64,000 bases of DNA from Tubiluchus corallicola (Eukaryota > Animalia > Priapulida): contig JAQGDQ010000289.1 of assembly GCA_030141605.1 (NCBI GenBank), forward strand, positions 186,001-250,000. The letters run 5' to 3'. Shown one piece after another: positions 42,401-54,579 of this stretch; within the stretch, counting starts at the first letter, position 1, and each line of letters begins with the position of its first letter. Position numbers and translations under genes: made by a program. The notes below the pieces were generated by a model. It was not told the origin of the DNA. It saw nothing but the letters and a program-made list of their open reading frames with translations, and searched no databases.

Positions 42401-45400
42401 TATTATAATCTATCCCGTAGATACCCATATCTTTTTCTCATCAGTGAACATCTTAACTGCTTCAGCATAATTTTCATCCATAGTAACATAATTAAAACTG
42501 ATTTCTTATCTTATTCTTCTCGTGCCCAGAATCCAGAATCTCGTGCCCAGCATTCTTTTTACTTACTAATGTTAGGTTTTGCTTTTTAATTAATTTTATC
42601 TTCTGAACAAACTTCACTTCAGTACTATTCCATGAATTAAATCACCCACCTTTGCATTTAAGTCACCAGTGATCAACAACTTTTGAGGATTTGCTTTTGC
42701 TACATGCACTTGTTTTTGAATCTCATCATACATCTTTTTAATAACTGTTCTATCTGTTCTGCATTCCTAGGGGGCATAAACAATTCCCACTCTAAGATTT
42801 ATTTTTCTGTTACTAATTACCGCCCAAATTATTTCATCCGAGTTTCGCTTCTCTTCTACTATTACATTAAACTTCTCCATTTCTTCTTCTGTAGCAAAGA
42901 GAATCCTACCTCTAGCTATGTTTCTGTTTGGTAAATGAATATTATAGCCTTAAAATTCAACGTTATCTTCATCACCAAGATGTGTCTCAACAATTGCAAC
43001 TGTGTAGTTGATTTAACATCCTCAGTTGCACTATTTATTGATTCAATTTTTTATTTAATTCCTCGGAAGTAACTATACAGCACTCTAAAATTATTAAGCC
43101 TGTTTGTGGATTTGCTTGATCTTTTAACTTAATCATTAGCATTCTTTTTGGCTCTAATGTTCTTTTCTTTCATTGCATTTATTTCTTTCAGTAAAAAAAT
43201 TAATTGTTCTGCTAAATCATCTACTTTGCTTATTTTGTCTTTATTACCTGTTTCCTGATCACTTGAACTGGCATTAGTTCTGAAGTACACTTACTTTTCA
43301 TTTTCAATAAAGTTGTGTCTGTATTTGCGTTTCTGCCCGAAACGACATTCATCACCATACAAGTTCCAGCATAAAATTGCCTTGCCATTTATTTCATGTC
43401 TGACAAAGTAATGCCAAAACCTGCATCTGTTTTTGTACTTATAGTATTTTTTCCTTTTTCAAAAAAGGCAGAAATTTTGGTTCTATAACCTTCTTTATTC
43501 CAGTTTTTACCAGTTGTGGCACTCACGTTTCTGGCATTCATACCTTGATATACTCCTCTTTAGTCCACTGATGCCTATATCTACACCTCCCTTCAAATTT
43601 ACACCATACATCTTTGCTAAAATTTCTGCATATAATACTACTCATGAAATTTTTTACCTCCTGTTCTTCATTTTCTCTTTTTGGTTCGCCATCATCTGCA
43701 GTTATTGGCTCTTGTTAAGCTTGTTGCATCGTATCTGTGCTTGGCCTACCTTTTATTTTATTAAGCATCAGCTCTTCATTGATTTCTCTCATATTTTTAA
43801 TCTGCCTATTCAGATTGTTGATTGTCAGCTGTGTATCAGCAGTATCACTCATAGTTTTCCCTAACTGTGCTTTGTATAATACTATCTCTTCCTTCAACTT
43901 TTTAACTTCTTTGTCCAAGGTCTTTCTTTTGTCATTTAACTCACCTATCACCTTTTCATTTTCTCATCCATTTTATCTTTTAGAATGCTCATCTCTGCCT
44001 CTCGTTCTTCCGCATATTTTACAAGTTTTGTCTCTCACCTCACACAAGTTATGCTCTTCATTTCATTTCTCAATCTCTTGTTTATACCAAACAACTTCTT
44101 CCTCTCTGACACGCAGCTTTCTTTTTAATGAGCTTATTTCAGTCCTTAGATCAATTTGGCTCTGTTTTTTAGTTCATTTTTTAAACTTTTAATATTTTGC
44201 CTTTGGTTCAGCACTTTCTCGTTGATCTCAAGACTACTCAGCCTTTCTTCCAGATGTTTGAATTGTATGGGTTTGACACTTTTTCTTAATTGCTCCAACG
44301 CATCAGAACTTTTCTCTTTAGAAGTGGCAACTGCACATTCTTCACTTGATACTTTCTTGTTGAATTAGCTAGTCGGAAGTTCAGTATATACAAAATGAAC
44401 CCAAGCTTTGCAATCAAAGCACTGGGTTGACCCATACCCAATTCATTTCACACTGCACTTAGGGCATATATCGTTATTTTGTGCAACACGATGTATATAG
44501 ATGTCACTTCACTGTATAGGATTTTTGTAGCGTTGCGTTAAGTGTTGATATGTGAATTGAATTTAGCTGGCTAGTAGAGTGAATAAGGACACCAGACAAA
44601 TTCTTGATAGTTGTCTGGCAGGCTGCATTGGTGGCCTGCAGGCAGTTTCATCTGATTGTGCTGCCAATGACTATTTACCTCCTCAATAAAGGATGGTTGT
44701 ATATGCATAGGATTGCTAAATTACACAGGTGTCTTATGTTCCACAAAAACTTGTAGTTATGAAATGCTAAATGAATTTCTGTCATACAGCTGAGTAGTCA
44801 TGTCTACTTAGCGATCAAATCAAGTTAAACGATACTATGCCTGATTAATAAGTTTTACCTGGCATACTGCTGACTATTTACCTCATCGAGAAAGGATTAT
44901 TGTGTGCATCGGAAGATCTGTGGCTAATTCACCTGCTGGTCCAGTGTCTCATCTTAAATAATTAATTATTTTTGATAGTGAGATGAACTACAACCAGCTA
45001 CACCATGGGTTCCCAACCTCGGGGTCGCAAAGCACTTTTCGTCGGGTCGCAGGCTAATCCAAAAACTATTTTTAAAAAATCCTGTTTCCATGAAAAGTAC
45101 TTAAGTGGGTCTTGTTTCCTCTGTCTCTCATTACATCATTTTGTTCTAGAAAGTGAAACAGGGTTTTCCTGCTCTAAATGCGGTATATCAGTCTTGATTT
45201 TCCGGGAACCATACTTGTGTACAGTGTACACTGTCCATTGGCTTGAAATAGAATCGGACGTGATTGTTGCGCTGAGTGGCGTTGAGCCGCACATTGCAAA
45301 ACTGGTCGCTGAGAAACAGGTGCAACCATCACATTAATTATTTAATGAAACAATCTCTCATTGTTCAATAATTTGTTGATTAGTAAGTTAAAATTAATAA

Positions 45401-47280
45401 ATGCACATGATAATTATGTTTAATAGTAAAACAAGTGATTATGTTCTTCTTGGGGCCGCGATATGATGCAGGGTTCTGGAAAAGGGTCGCCGTCAACAAA
45501 AGGTTGGGGACTGGTCTACACTATGCATGCCCTGCCATTAAGTGGTGGATCTTGGCTTATAGAATGCCAAACTAGCTTAGAGGCAGTGTGTGAGAAAGAT
45601 CTTAATGTGCTGTCTTTATAAAGCTGTTTAAGGACCAAATTTGTTGTTGTTTGCTAATTTGTTACATAAGGTTTTTACGTAACTCAGTGGGTGTTCCAGT
45701 TATCAGTAATACGAGTTTGAAAAGCTGAATTACTGAATACAAGTACAGTGCACTTATGCAAATTATTAGAATTTATCCCAATAATCTGCTTTTATAAATT
45801 GTAACTTCGTTCAGAATCACTTGCAGCCTATCAAAAATTACAGCTTATATTTATATAATATAACTGGTTGCTGCTTCACTAGAAGTGTTAATTAAAAAGT
45901 AACATTTGTACACTATTGTGCACAGCGCATGATGGCGAACTGATGTCAGACTAGCTAAGTTTTAAAATTTTTGGCCACATACTAAACTAAAGGTAACTGA
46001 TTTTAATTGTTATTTTATTAAATCAGACTGGATTTGAATTAGATGCAGTGGAAACTGAAGGTCCCTGAAATCCATCACAACTTTTTCATATTTCCTGTCA
46101 TTCAAGTTCGGTACAGTAACCTACTTTACTTCTACATAGGTCTACATGTAATGCGTTATTCTAGAAACAAGACGTAGTATCTTTTGATAAGAATTTGCTG
46201 CTGGTATCACACATTTATACAATGTATTGTTTGATTTCTACTACATATACATAGATCCGGTATCCCAGGCTTCACCCCCCCTCCCCCTCCCCCAACTCAT
46301 TCTGTATCTGGTATTCTGGGTATTCTGTTGTGACTTTATGAAATTTTTGCAGATTTTCAAAATCAGCTATTTTTAACTAATAATTGTAAAGTGTAGTGGT
46401 TGGTGTAAATACTATTGCAAGAGAATACTGTGCACAGTAAGTTATCATTTTTTCAATAAAATGTTTTTTTATTTAGTTGTGATTCACATTTGTTGACAGG
46501 ATCAAAAACTTCAGCTCTTAAAGGAGTTGACATTACACCATGTGCTGGGCCAGTATGTGTACTTGAAAGAGGAACCAATGTTACAATAAAGGTTACATTC
46601 GAACCAAGTGAGTATGTAGTCTTTAGAAGTAGGAATTGTAGATTGTTCATTGACAGAAGTTTTTGTTGCCAAGTATTTTTTGCAGTACATGGTCTTGCAA
46701 TTGTCTTATAGTGGGATAAATTAGAGGCGTTACAGTATTATTATTGCTACATTTCCATCTAATTTTCATTTAGATAAAGTAATAAAGACCACAAAGATTA
46801 TTGTCCATGGCATCATAGCTGGTGTTCCTGTTCCGTTTCCTGTTCCGCAAGTTGATGCATGCGAAAAGTCTGGACTTACTTGTCCCCTACAAAGTCAGCA
46901 GGTGTACACGTACCGCACTGTACTGATTGTTCAAAAAGATTATCCCAAGGTATAATTTATGGTATTGTCTTATTAAAATGTACTGTTTTCCTAAAGTGAT
47001 TTTCACATTGCTGATCAGTTGGAGGTTTTTACTCAAGTCGCAACATCAGTGGTAGGTAGGTCGCTAATTTTTAAGTTAATGATGGCATATTCACATTCAT
47101 TGATTTTAAAGTAGGCTTAATCCAATTACCCAGTCTACGGTATTGGAAAAGCCCAATATTGTTTAAATCTACAAACTGTCAATCGCTTCATTTCAGGTAA
47201 AGTTGCTTGTGAAATGGGAGATGCAAGATGAGACAGGAGAAGATGTGTTTTGCTGGGAGATACCTGCTCAAATTAATTAA
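39467..47280 (+). CDS. NPC2: NPC intracellular cholesterol transporter 2 (ML-domain protein), 4 exons, complete
   Basis: Exons 39467-39542, 46500-46607, 46774-46949 and 47197-47280 give MGYHLLVLTALFCVISGSPAQYKDCGSKTSALKGVDITPCAGPVCVLERGTNVTIKVTFEPNKVIKTTKIIVHGIIAGVPVPFPVPQVDACEKSGLTCPLQSQQVYTYRTVLIVQKDYPKVKLLVKWEMQDETGEDVFCWEIPAQIN*. Signal peptide, six mature-domain Cys, VHGI..GVPVPFP motif and an NVT sequon. Confidence 0.95.
40190..44490 (-). mobile_element. Near full-length degenerate non-LTR retrotransposon in NPC2 intron 1
   Basis: Minus strand, with many stops and frameshifts: PHD-like DICPKCSVK..QCFDCKAWVHF (about 44380-44470), coiled coil (43715-43951), two CCCH-like fingers (about 43320-43470), APE endonuclease (VETHLGD, TGDLNAKVG) and RT (KGKGDKK, EKCFDK, RYIDDI, YRYLGD). 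Confidence 0.88.
45004..45513 (+). mobile_element. Non-autonomous hAT (Buster/Charlie-type) element
   Basis: Ends catgggttcccaacct...aggttggggactg, flanked by a degenerate 8-bp TSD (agctacac/gtctacac). Contains the transposase C-terminus ESDVIVALSGVEPHIAKLVAEKQVQPSH*. Confidence 0.82.
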
Positions 47281-47503
47281 CTCTATCATTTTACCAAATT
47301 CATCTACACAAATCAAGGAAAATAGAAAATTATGGTACTACACACACACACACATACATATATATATATACATGATATATTTTTTTACTTTTGATAGCCC
47401 ATGTTTAATCACATGTAAGGCATTCCTGCCTTGAAGATTTCACATTAACAAAATAATGAAAATAATTTGTAATTTGCATTGTTAAATTTAGATCTACATC
47501 TAA

Positions 47504-47504
<1 letters not shown>

Positions 47505-47545
<41 letters not shown>
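47505..47545. repeat. (TA)n microsatellite in the NPC2 3' region
   Basis: Dinucleotide run; an (AC)/(AT) run also lies at 47340-47372. Confidence 0.9.
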
Positions 47546-47546
<1 letters not shown>

Positions 47547-48039
47547 CTTTTATATGTAAAAATGTCTTGTGTTTCAATTTCTAACAAAAGTTAATCAGTT
47601 TATGTTTGGCAGAGATAATGCGTTAAATGTGTGCTGACAATTTGCAATGTTGAACTAAAGATAATATTAATGTACGCATATTTTTTATTTTTACAATGTA
47701 CTTGAAGTTTTGTACTTGGAAAGCACAAATCTAGGCTGTTGGAATTGTGACTATATTTGCCATTATTTATTAATAATGTTGTCAAATGATGATATGTACT
47801 CATATCTGAGAAATGGCTACTATGACGACATGTTTTTATGTCTGATAAAATAATTATTAAACTGTGAAAATAAACTCTATTGAATGCATCACATTTACAG
47901 TATTTTTCCACTATATTAACGAGTTTTGATTATTAAAACCATTACAGGATCTGTATTATATTTCAAAATACTGTAGTGCAATACATCAGATGTCAAAGAG
48001 CAACCAGTTATTAAAAAGTATACTTTTCTACATCACACG

Positions 48040-48862
48040 TTTATTTGCACAAATTACAAAAATTCCAAAGTTGGCTGCTTGATTTTCTCGCGAAGAAGTT
48101 GGCTCACAAAGTTCTCGTAATTATAAAAACGTTGGAAAATCTGTTGCTGTGTGATGCACGTATTCTCGTAAAACGCATCTTTTTCTCGCGTTTGTAAACC
48201 ACACTTTTAACGCTGACTCCACTTCACAGTCTTTTCCTGTGCGTTGCCTCTTAGATGCTAGACTCTCATTTTGGCTTGCTGACTGCTCAGTTTCACATCA
48301 TTTTTTCAATATTCTGCCGAGAATACTTTGGGAAATTTTCAGCTGTGCTGCTGCACACCTCTGCCCCATCTTTGGAAGTTTATTGTACTGCTCTAAAATT
48401 TTCAGTTGCTTCTTAACAAGGTATACTGGCTGATTACTGTACCTGCATTTGCAACTAGAGCATCAAAAGGAAACTGCTAGGCAAGTGATTTTTTGGGTTA
48501 CGAGGTTAATTGCAGTGGGCGAATGGGTAACAGATTCAAAGCAAAACCGCTACGCTACGTTTTAGCGCATGATAAACGTGCCTGTTTGCAAACAAAATGG
48601 TATTTAACCTGATTGTTTCTACATATATAACGCACAAAGGTGAATTAAAGATGACATAAAAGTAGGAAAGGCTGTTGCACATACAAATGTCTTATTTTAA
48701 AGGCGTGAAGGAAAAATATTGAGTCAATTAAGCGAAGTTATTTGAGTCAATTACCGATAGTTTTTATAGTAGATTTGAATAGAAGCAGCCCGTTCCAGGC
48801 GTTTTTGAGTCAATTAAGCGATTGGGTCTATTAACCGTCAGTCTATTAAGTGGCGCCTACTG
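48040..48862 (-). mobile_element. Truncated Tigger/pogo transposon (CENP-B-type HTH transposase remnant)
   Basis: Minus strand reads LEQYNKLPKMGQRCAAAQLKISQSILGRILKK*...KRQRTGKDCEVESALKVWFTNAR. TIR CAGTAGGCGCCACTTAATAGAC ends at 48862 next to TA. Confidence 0.82.
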
Positions 48863-49151
48863 TACTTTATTTAGGATTCGCAGTTTAATATGATAGAAAT
48901 ATAATATTAACTGCGTACACACTCTGCACATAGACAATGTTCAGACATTGCAATACATGTATATACGTTTCAAAGTTTACAGCACTGCTGAATATTCCAA
49001 TCTAACTGTACAAGCGACAGCTCACCTTCCCCAAATTACTTGTTTTTACATAACTTGTTTCTTGGCACAATTCCAGTTCTCTCTATAAAACATAAAACAC
49101 GAGAATCGCCAAGTGACACGGTTTTTTGTCACTCCCTACATTTTTAGCTTG

Positions 49152-52100
49152 TCAAGACGTTTTTCCAAATTGTTCTAGTACTTGGAGAGGCGCTAATACG
49201 TAGCCCTGATTTGACTCGATGAGTTGACCATTCACAATCATTTCGTCGAGAATCATCAAAACTTTGTCCAAATTAAACATTATCTGCACAATTCCAGTTA
49301 AGGATTCATGATTAGCAATGTGAATTCATCAAAGCTATGACAAGGCTGGCGATCAGGTTCGGGAGACTGTTCCCACGAGCTGTAACCCAGGCCTTGCCCT
49401 GGCTTTTGGCGCTACGGATTATAAAGACAAAAGAATATGTGAAATTTGCAGCAAAAAAATAGGTTTACTTTCTGCTTATGTTTTAGACTTGCTGAGCCAG
49501 TTATGGAACTGTTCATATTTATCTTAATGACTCCTCATTATCATTAGAATGCTGCAAGCAATGGATTTAAGAAATAACTAGATTCAAATGTGACCACGTG
49601 TAGTTCTTATACATAGCTTCAGAACTTTTGGAACTGTAACGAGTGTTGAAATGTTTGTAGCTAGTTCCTTTTTGATTCTTTATAACTGTTTCATAAAATA
49701 TTCATGACTAACAGTGCAACTGACTCACAGTTTTCTCTCTTTTGTGCTGCAAATCTGATAACTCATGCAATAGTTACTTTTAAATGGAGCTGAAACCGCA
49801 GTATATAACTAGTTATCCGTGCTTTCTCTGGTTTTGGAAAAGGAACTGTTTAAGTTGCAATTTGATACATGTAACTGCGACATTGTTGCCGAAGCAAGAT
49901 AATGTAAATACTAGGCATCTTTGTCTATTTCTGCCACCAAAGTTAAATTTTTCTAAAATAATTATGGTACCGTAACAGCATAGGTAATAGAAATATAAGG
50001 TAATGAACATTTTTTTTATTGCTCTAAGTAAAACATTTTCAGGTGCCAGAACATCTTGCTAATTCACAAATAAGTAAAAATATGTGTGGTACAAATCTAA
50101 AACGAAATATTTTAGGATAGTTGCGTAATACCAATGCAGCAAATTTCAACGCAACATAACAATTTTCAAAAAGGATACATCCATCTCACACTGAAAAAAA
50201 GAATTGTATATAACCAAATAAGTTGAGACAATAGAATTTTAGTTATTAAATTTTGTAACTTAAAAGACTGCATCAATATCTTAATACAAATAACTTGATA
50301 AGGCAACTTAATTATACTGTATTAAGCATATTTAGTTGTAATCATAGAAATTTTTAGCAATTCAAAATATTATACAATGACTACTGCGAGATCAACATGC
50401 ACGTATATAAATAAGATTATAAACATTACATTCACCTTTAGACAGTTCAGTAAGTTGTAATGGGTCCATATGACTTTGTAATTTAAGGCAATATTTCTTA
50501 TGTTGGAGACACGATACAACTAATTTTATTTGGATAGGTGAAACAACTAATGGAGACATTTTCAACATCTGAAGCAGCATCTGATAACTTTTCAGATCAC
50601 TCTTCTTTGTAATATTGTGTCACTATGCATATTATAACCATAAGTGGGCTCAAATTTTGCAAAATAATTGCACTCTGCTGCAAAAATTTTGCCATCTTAC
50701 AATATAAAGATTTTTTTTGAGTAAGGCAAATGGGGGGGGGTGTCTATATTTATCTGTTTGCCGTCACATAAGCAAATCTGTACAAAGTTATAAGTGAATT
50801 TGCATTGCATGCAATGTAAGCCCGCAGTACTTGCACACAACAAATGTTTTTGAACCTTCACTAACAAAAATAAAATAACGTTAAATTCTACTGCATTAGT
50901 CGTACTTTTGTCATGATCTCTGTTAGGCAGTCAGAAAACTTATAGGATGCAATCGTAAACAGAAAGTTAGTTGGAAGTCTTACTTCTAACATAACTTAAT
51001 AAGCATTAGTTATGTCATTGTCTTGGTGGTGACATCACAATTCAATAAAATTCACTAGGTTTTACAAACAAGCAGACAGCTAATAACACAGATGTCAGTT
51101 TTAATAAATAGTAACAATTAGAGAAAGCATCTAATCATTAATGCAAAGTGCAAATTAACAGCTTCAAATTGCTGAAACTGAACAATTGGGTCATACTGAC
51201 ATAAGTAGTACGTTCTTAGTTCTTACCACATTTTCAAAGTGCTTGCTAAGTATCTCCACGAAGCTTTGAATGAATTCAAGAATAGCCAATTCGTTCTGTA
51301 ACAGAAAACTGTCAACAGTCACATAATTTACATATAAACCAATGCTGAGGCTGACACCAGACATCAGTTCTAACTGATGCGCAACAAGTCATGAGAGAAG
51401 CCTCTACATCTGAACGTGCCATTAGCCAAGGGAGGCAAATGTAGTTTAATGTACGAATTAAGGAACATCATACTCTTAAGTACAGATGCATTTTTAGCAA
51501 GTAAATGACACCACCATAGGAATGTATTCATTTAGCCCTCAAGCTGTCACAAAACCTACAGACTACAGTAGGAAAACGTTTGCATATCTATTTTGTAGGT
51601 ATAATGACATATTTGTCTGCCAACCAGTTTGCTGTAGTGTTGTAGTGTAATGACAATAACAGTACCGCTATTGTTTTATGAATCCACTCAATGACGTAGT
51701 ACTGTTCAAAGCAGATACAAATGATTGTGATAACTGTTCGACTTGTCTATGTGATTTTCCTATCAAAATCTTAATAATGTATTTATCTCTTATGTAGTTA
51801 AAACATTGCACATGTTTTCTAAATTATAGGGAGGAGGGTGAGCTAACAGCTGTTTATATAAAAAGAGAAGTATAGTTGCAATTAGAATAAGGTATGGTAA
51901 GATGGTTAGAAAGCAGGCTTATTTGGACTGTATTAGACAATTTTACATCTAAACCACAGAGTCCACAACAGTAACAATAACACTAAAATGGCTTTTGAGT
52001 ATTGCCTGCAAAAACATGTATCAAGCTTTTTTGTTCTTTTTCTTTCACCTGAAAGTAGTTTACAATAGTACACTGAAGGTTTGTGTCTATCTGTTTCTTC

Positions 52101-54103
52101 ACTGCATGAGTTTTTATTAACAAGTTGTTTCAACAAATTATACAGATCTGTAAACTATGGAATTATACAGATCTCTATGGAAGCAGCTTCTCTAATGAAA
52201 GCAACTTCTCTAAAGAAGACTGAAGAGAAGAAAAAGGGTGTGGTGGAGATGAGGATGTTGAGATGGATGGTGGGAATAACAAGAAGAGATAAAATTAGAA
52301 ATAATAATATCAGAGGAACAGTAAAAGTAGTGGAAGCCTCGCAAGATTGCGATGGTATGGACACCTGAAAAGAAGAGTCGGTGAAGATCATGTGGGAAGG
52401 GAAGACATAAATGAAGAGATGGTCAACAACAGGAATGCGTGGAGAAGACTCATTCACAACGGCGACCCCGCATAAGGAAAAGCTGGGAAGAAGAAGAAGA
52501 TACAGATCTGTAAACTCTCATGTATTAGGCATGTGTCACATGCATTTTAAGTCTTTCACATGCGTACACTCATCAAATTTCAGTTGTCATGCATTCCGCA
52601 AGTTCACATACAAATTTGAAAAACAGCTGGCTTCCTTTGCCATTCAATGCCAACCACAACACAATTAGCAAAACTGCAATAACAGCATAAGAAAGCTCAG
52701 CAGTACCCAAAAATTATCTTAATTTTTATTCTTTTGCCTTAATTTTTTGATAGCTTGATTTTGATACCAAATAAAGAAAAAAATTCTGGGGCATAATCTG
52801 GCTTCTGCCAGACCCTGCCAGGGGCAAGATAATACATAGGCTTTCTACATTTCACACTCATCAAATGGTTGGCATGTCTGCTTATATTTACCAGTAGCAA
52901 ACTGTATACTAGCTATTTACCTCAACTTGCTCTGCTCCCACTATGAAAGATAGGGTGGCATATTTTCTATATATCAACCTGAAATCTTTATAGTCCACGA
53001 ACGTGCACTGGAAATACAATACAGAGTGATTTGCAGTTCCACAAATGTTATACATCAGTGCTTTGCGAGATATAACTATAGCAATTTTACAGATACATTT
53101 ACAGACAAATATTAATTTACACATATATCACCAACAAAAACTTAGAAATTACAAGAACCGAGTTGTCGTTGGCTCGAAATTACCTTCAGATTTTATCACT
53201 AAATTTTGTAGAATGACTTACAAGTAAAACGTAATTTGCCTACTATAAGTTCTTAAGGCTCATAAGCTTTAAGTGCTTCTATGTATAGTTACTGAAACTA
53301 ACACTGAGTTTCGTCTGTGACATGATACTAAAAGTGGCCTAACATTAAACTCAAGTGTGCCTGTGACAGCACTTGAGTTTAATGCCCCTATACCCACGAT
53401 AAATGCAACTCAAGACAGGCCCACTCAGAGGCTTCTTAAATGTTGGCACGTGATTATAGATGTACTTCACAGTTAACTCAATATGTGTATTGCGCAGAAA
53501 CTTTGAAAACAAAGACAACTATGTAAATGTCACAAAGATGCTAAATTACTAATTATCAGTTTTCTTTTAGCTAACATTTGGCAGAACCATGTGTAAATTG
53601 TGTTAGGTGTTCTGTTTTTATACTGTTTCGACAGAATCAACTTTTTCAGTGCACTTGATAAAAGTGCCATACAGGGTGGACTGCCCCACCATCCTCCTTA
53701 GCTACGCCACTGGCACTGGATACTGCTTTACTAGTATCCCTAGCTAGCTGAAGGCCTAAACACTAGCTAGGGCCCAAACCCAGCTGCCTTTGGGTACATC
53801 ATACATGATGCTACCAAAATTACACACACAATCAATGCAAATAGGAATGGGGTAGTTGTAAAGGTCAATTAAAGTCAATTCAGCCTAAGTGTAGCATATC
53901 GTACACACTTTTTCATTTATAAATAGCTTGATTGCTACAGTAACACAACTCACCTGTTTCTCATCGCGTGATAAACACTTTTTAATAACTTCCTGCACAA
54001 GTTTAGTTTTACTAGATTCATCTGTAGGAGCAACATCAATCAAGTTCCACACTTTCAGTAAACGCAATTGACCATACTTATTTGAAATTATAATAAACCT
54101 CAT
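49152..54103 (-). CDS. AP4S1: AP-4 complex subunit sigma-1, 5 coding exons, complete (149 aa)
   Basis: Exons 53954-54103, 52921-53007, 51227-51295, 50179-50190 and 49152-49283 give MRFIIISNKYGQLRL...EVIKKCLSRDEKQ CTFVDYKDFRLIYRKYATLSFIVGAEQVE NELAILEFIQSFVEILSKHFENV CEMD IMFNLDKVLMILDEMIVNGQLIESNQGYVLAPLQVLEQFGKTS*. Sigma-4-type signatures GQxRL, CLSR, IMFNLDKV, LAPL. The acceptor at 54187 implies an upstream UTR exon. Confidence 0.93.
49284..50178 (-). other. U12-type (minor) GT-AG intron of AP4S1
   Basis: Donor GTATCCTTTT starting at 50178; perfect branch box TCCTTAAC at 49297-49304, about 13 nt before the exon. Confidence 0.93.
52157..52499 (+). mobile_element. 5'-truncated RTE-clade LINE with 17-bp TSD and (GAA)n tail, in AP4S1 intron
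   Basis: TSD atacagatctgtaaact at 52140-52156 and 52500-52516. Peptide LKKTEEKK.GVVEMRMLRWMVGITRRDKIRNNNIRG...RLRWYGHL. Confidence 0.92.
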
Positions 54104-54269
54104 AGTCAACTTTGTTAATCCGATTCAGCTCATTTCAATACCTAGACCTTTTTGCATCAAGGTGAGCTGTCAAAATTGCTACTCGGCTGAAATAAAAAAA
54201 CACAAACTTAGACAAGACTTGCAATTCCTATTTCAGGGCGTTTCTTAGTTAGTTCACTAAGATGCTATT

Positions 54270-54570
54270 TTCCACAATCAATGTTTTGGAATACCATCCA
54301 ACTCACATGATCCTTGTCAGAAACTCCTTCCCAAATAACTGTACTTCTTTCATTTTCATAATAAGGACAGTACAGTAAAATTAATGTAAATTCTCCAAGT
54401 CCAAACCACACTTACAAAGTCTATCACGTTCACCTATCTATCATCTAAATAATGGATTTCCATTAATCTTCAATGTACCAATTCTTGCTCTCACCAGCAA
54501 CTGAGTGTTATACGTATAGTTCATCCAGCTTTCAAAATAAGGTCGTGGTTTGTTGTTTCATAAACTTTCA
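54270..54570 (-). mobile_element. LINE ORF2 C-terminal zinc-binding fragment
   Basis: Minus strand reads QLLVRARIGTLKIN...DRLCKCGLDLENLH..LYCPYYENER, a C-x-C..E..H...C knuckle. Confidence 0.6.
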
Positions 54571-54579
54571 TAAAAAATA

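Noticed and set aside
43514-44368. Several plus-strand hydrophobic ORFs (70-151 aa)
   Set aside because: Antisense to the Lys/Glu-rich coiled coil of the LINE ORF1.
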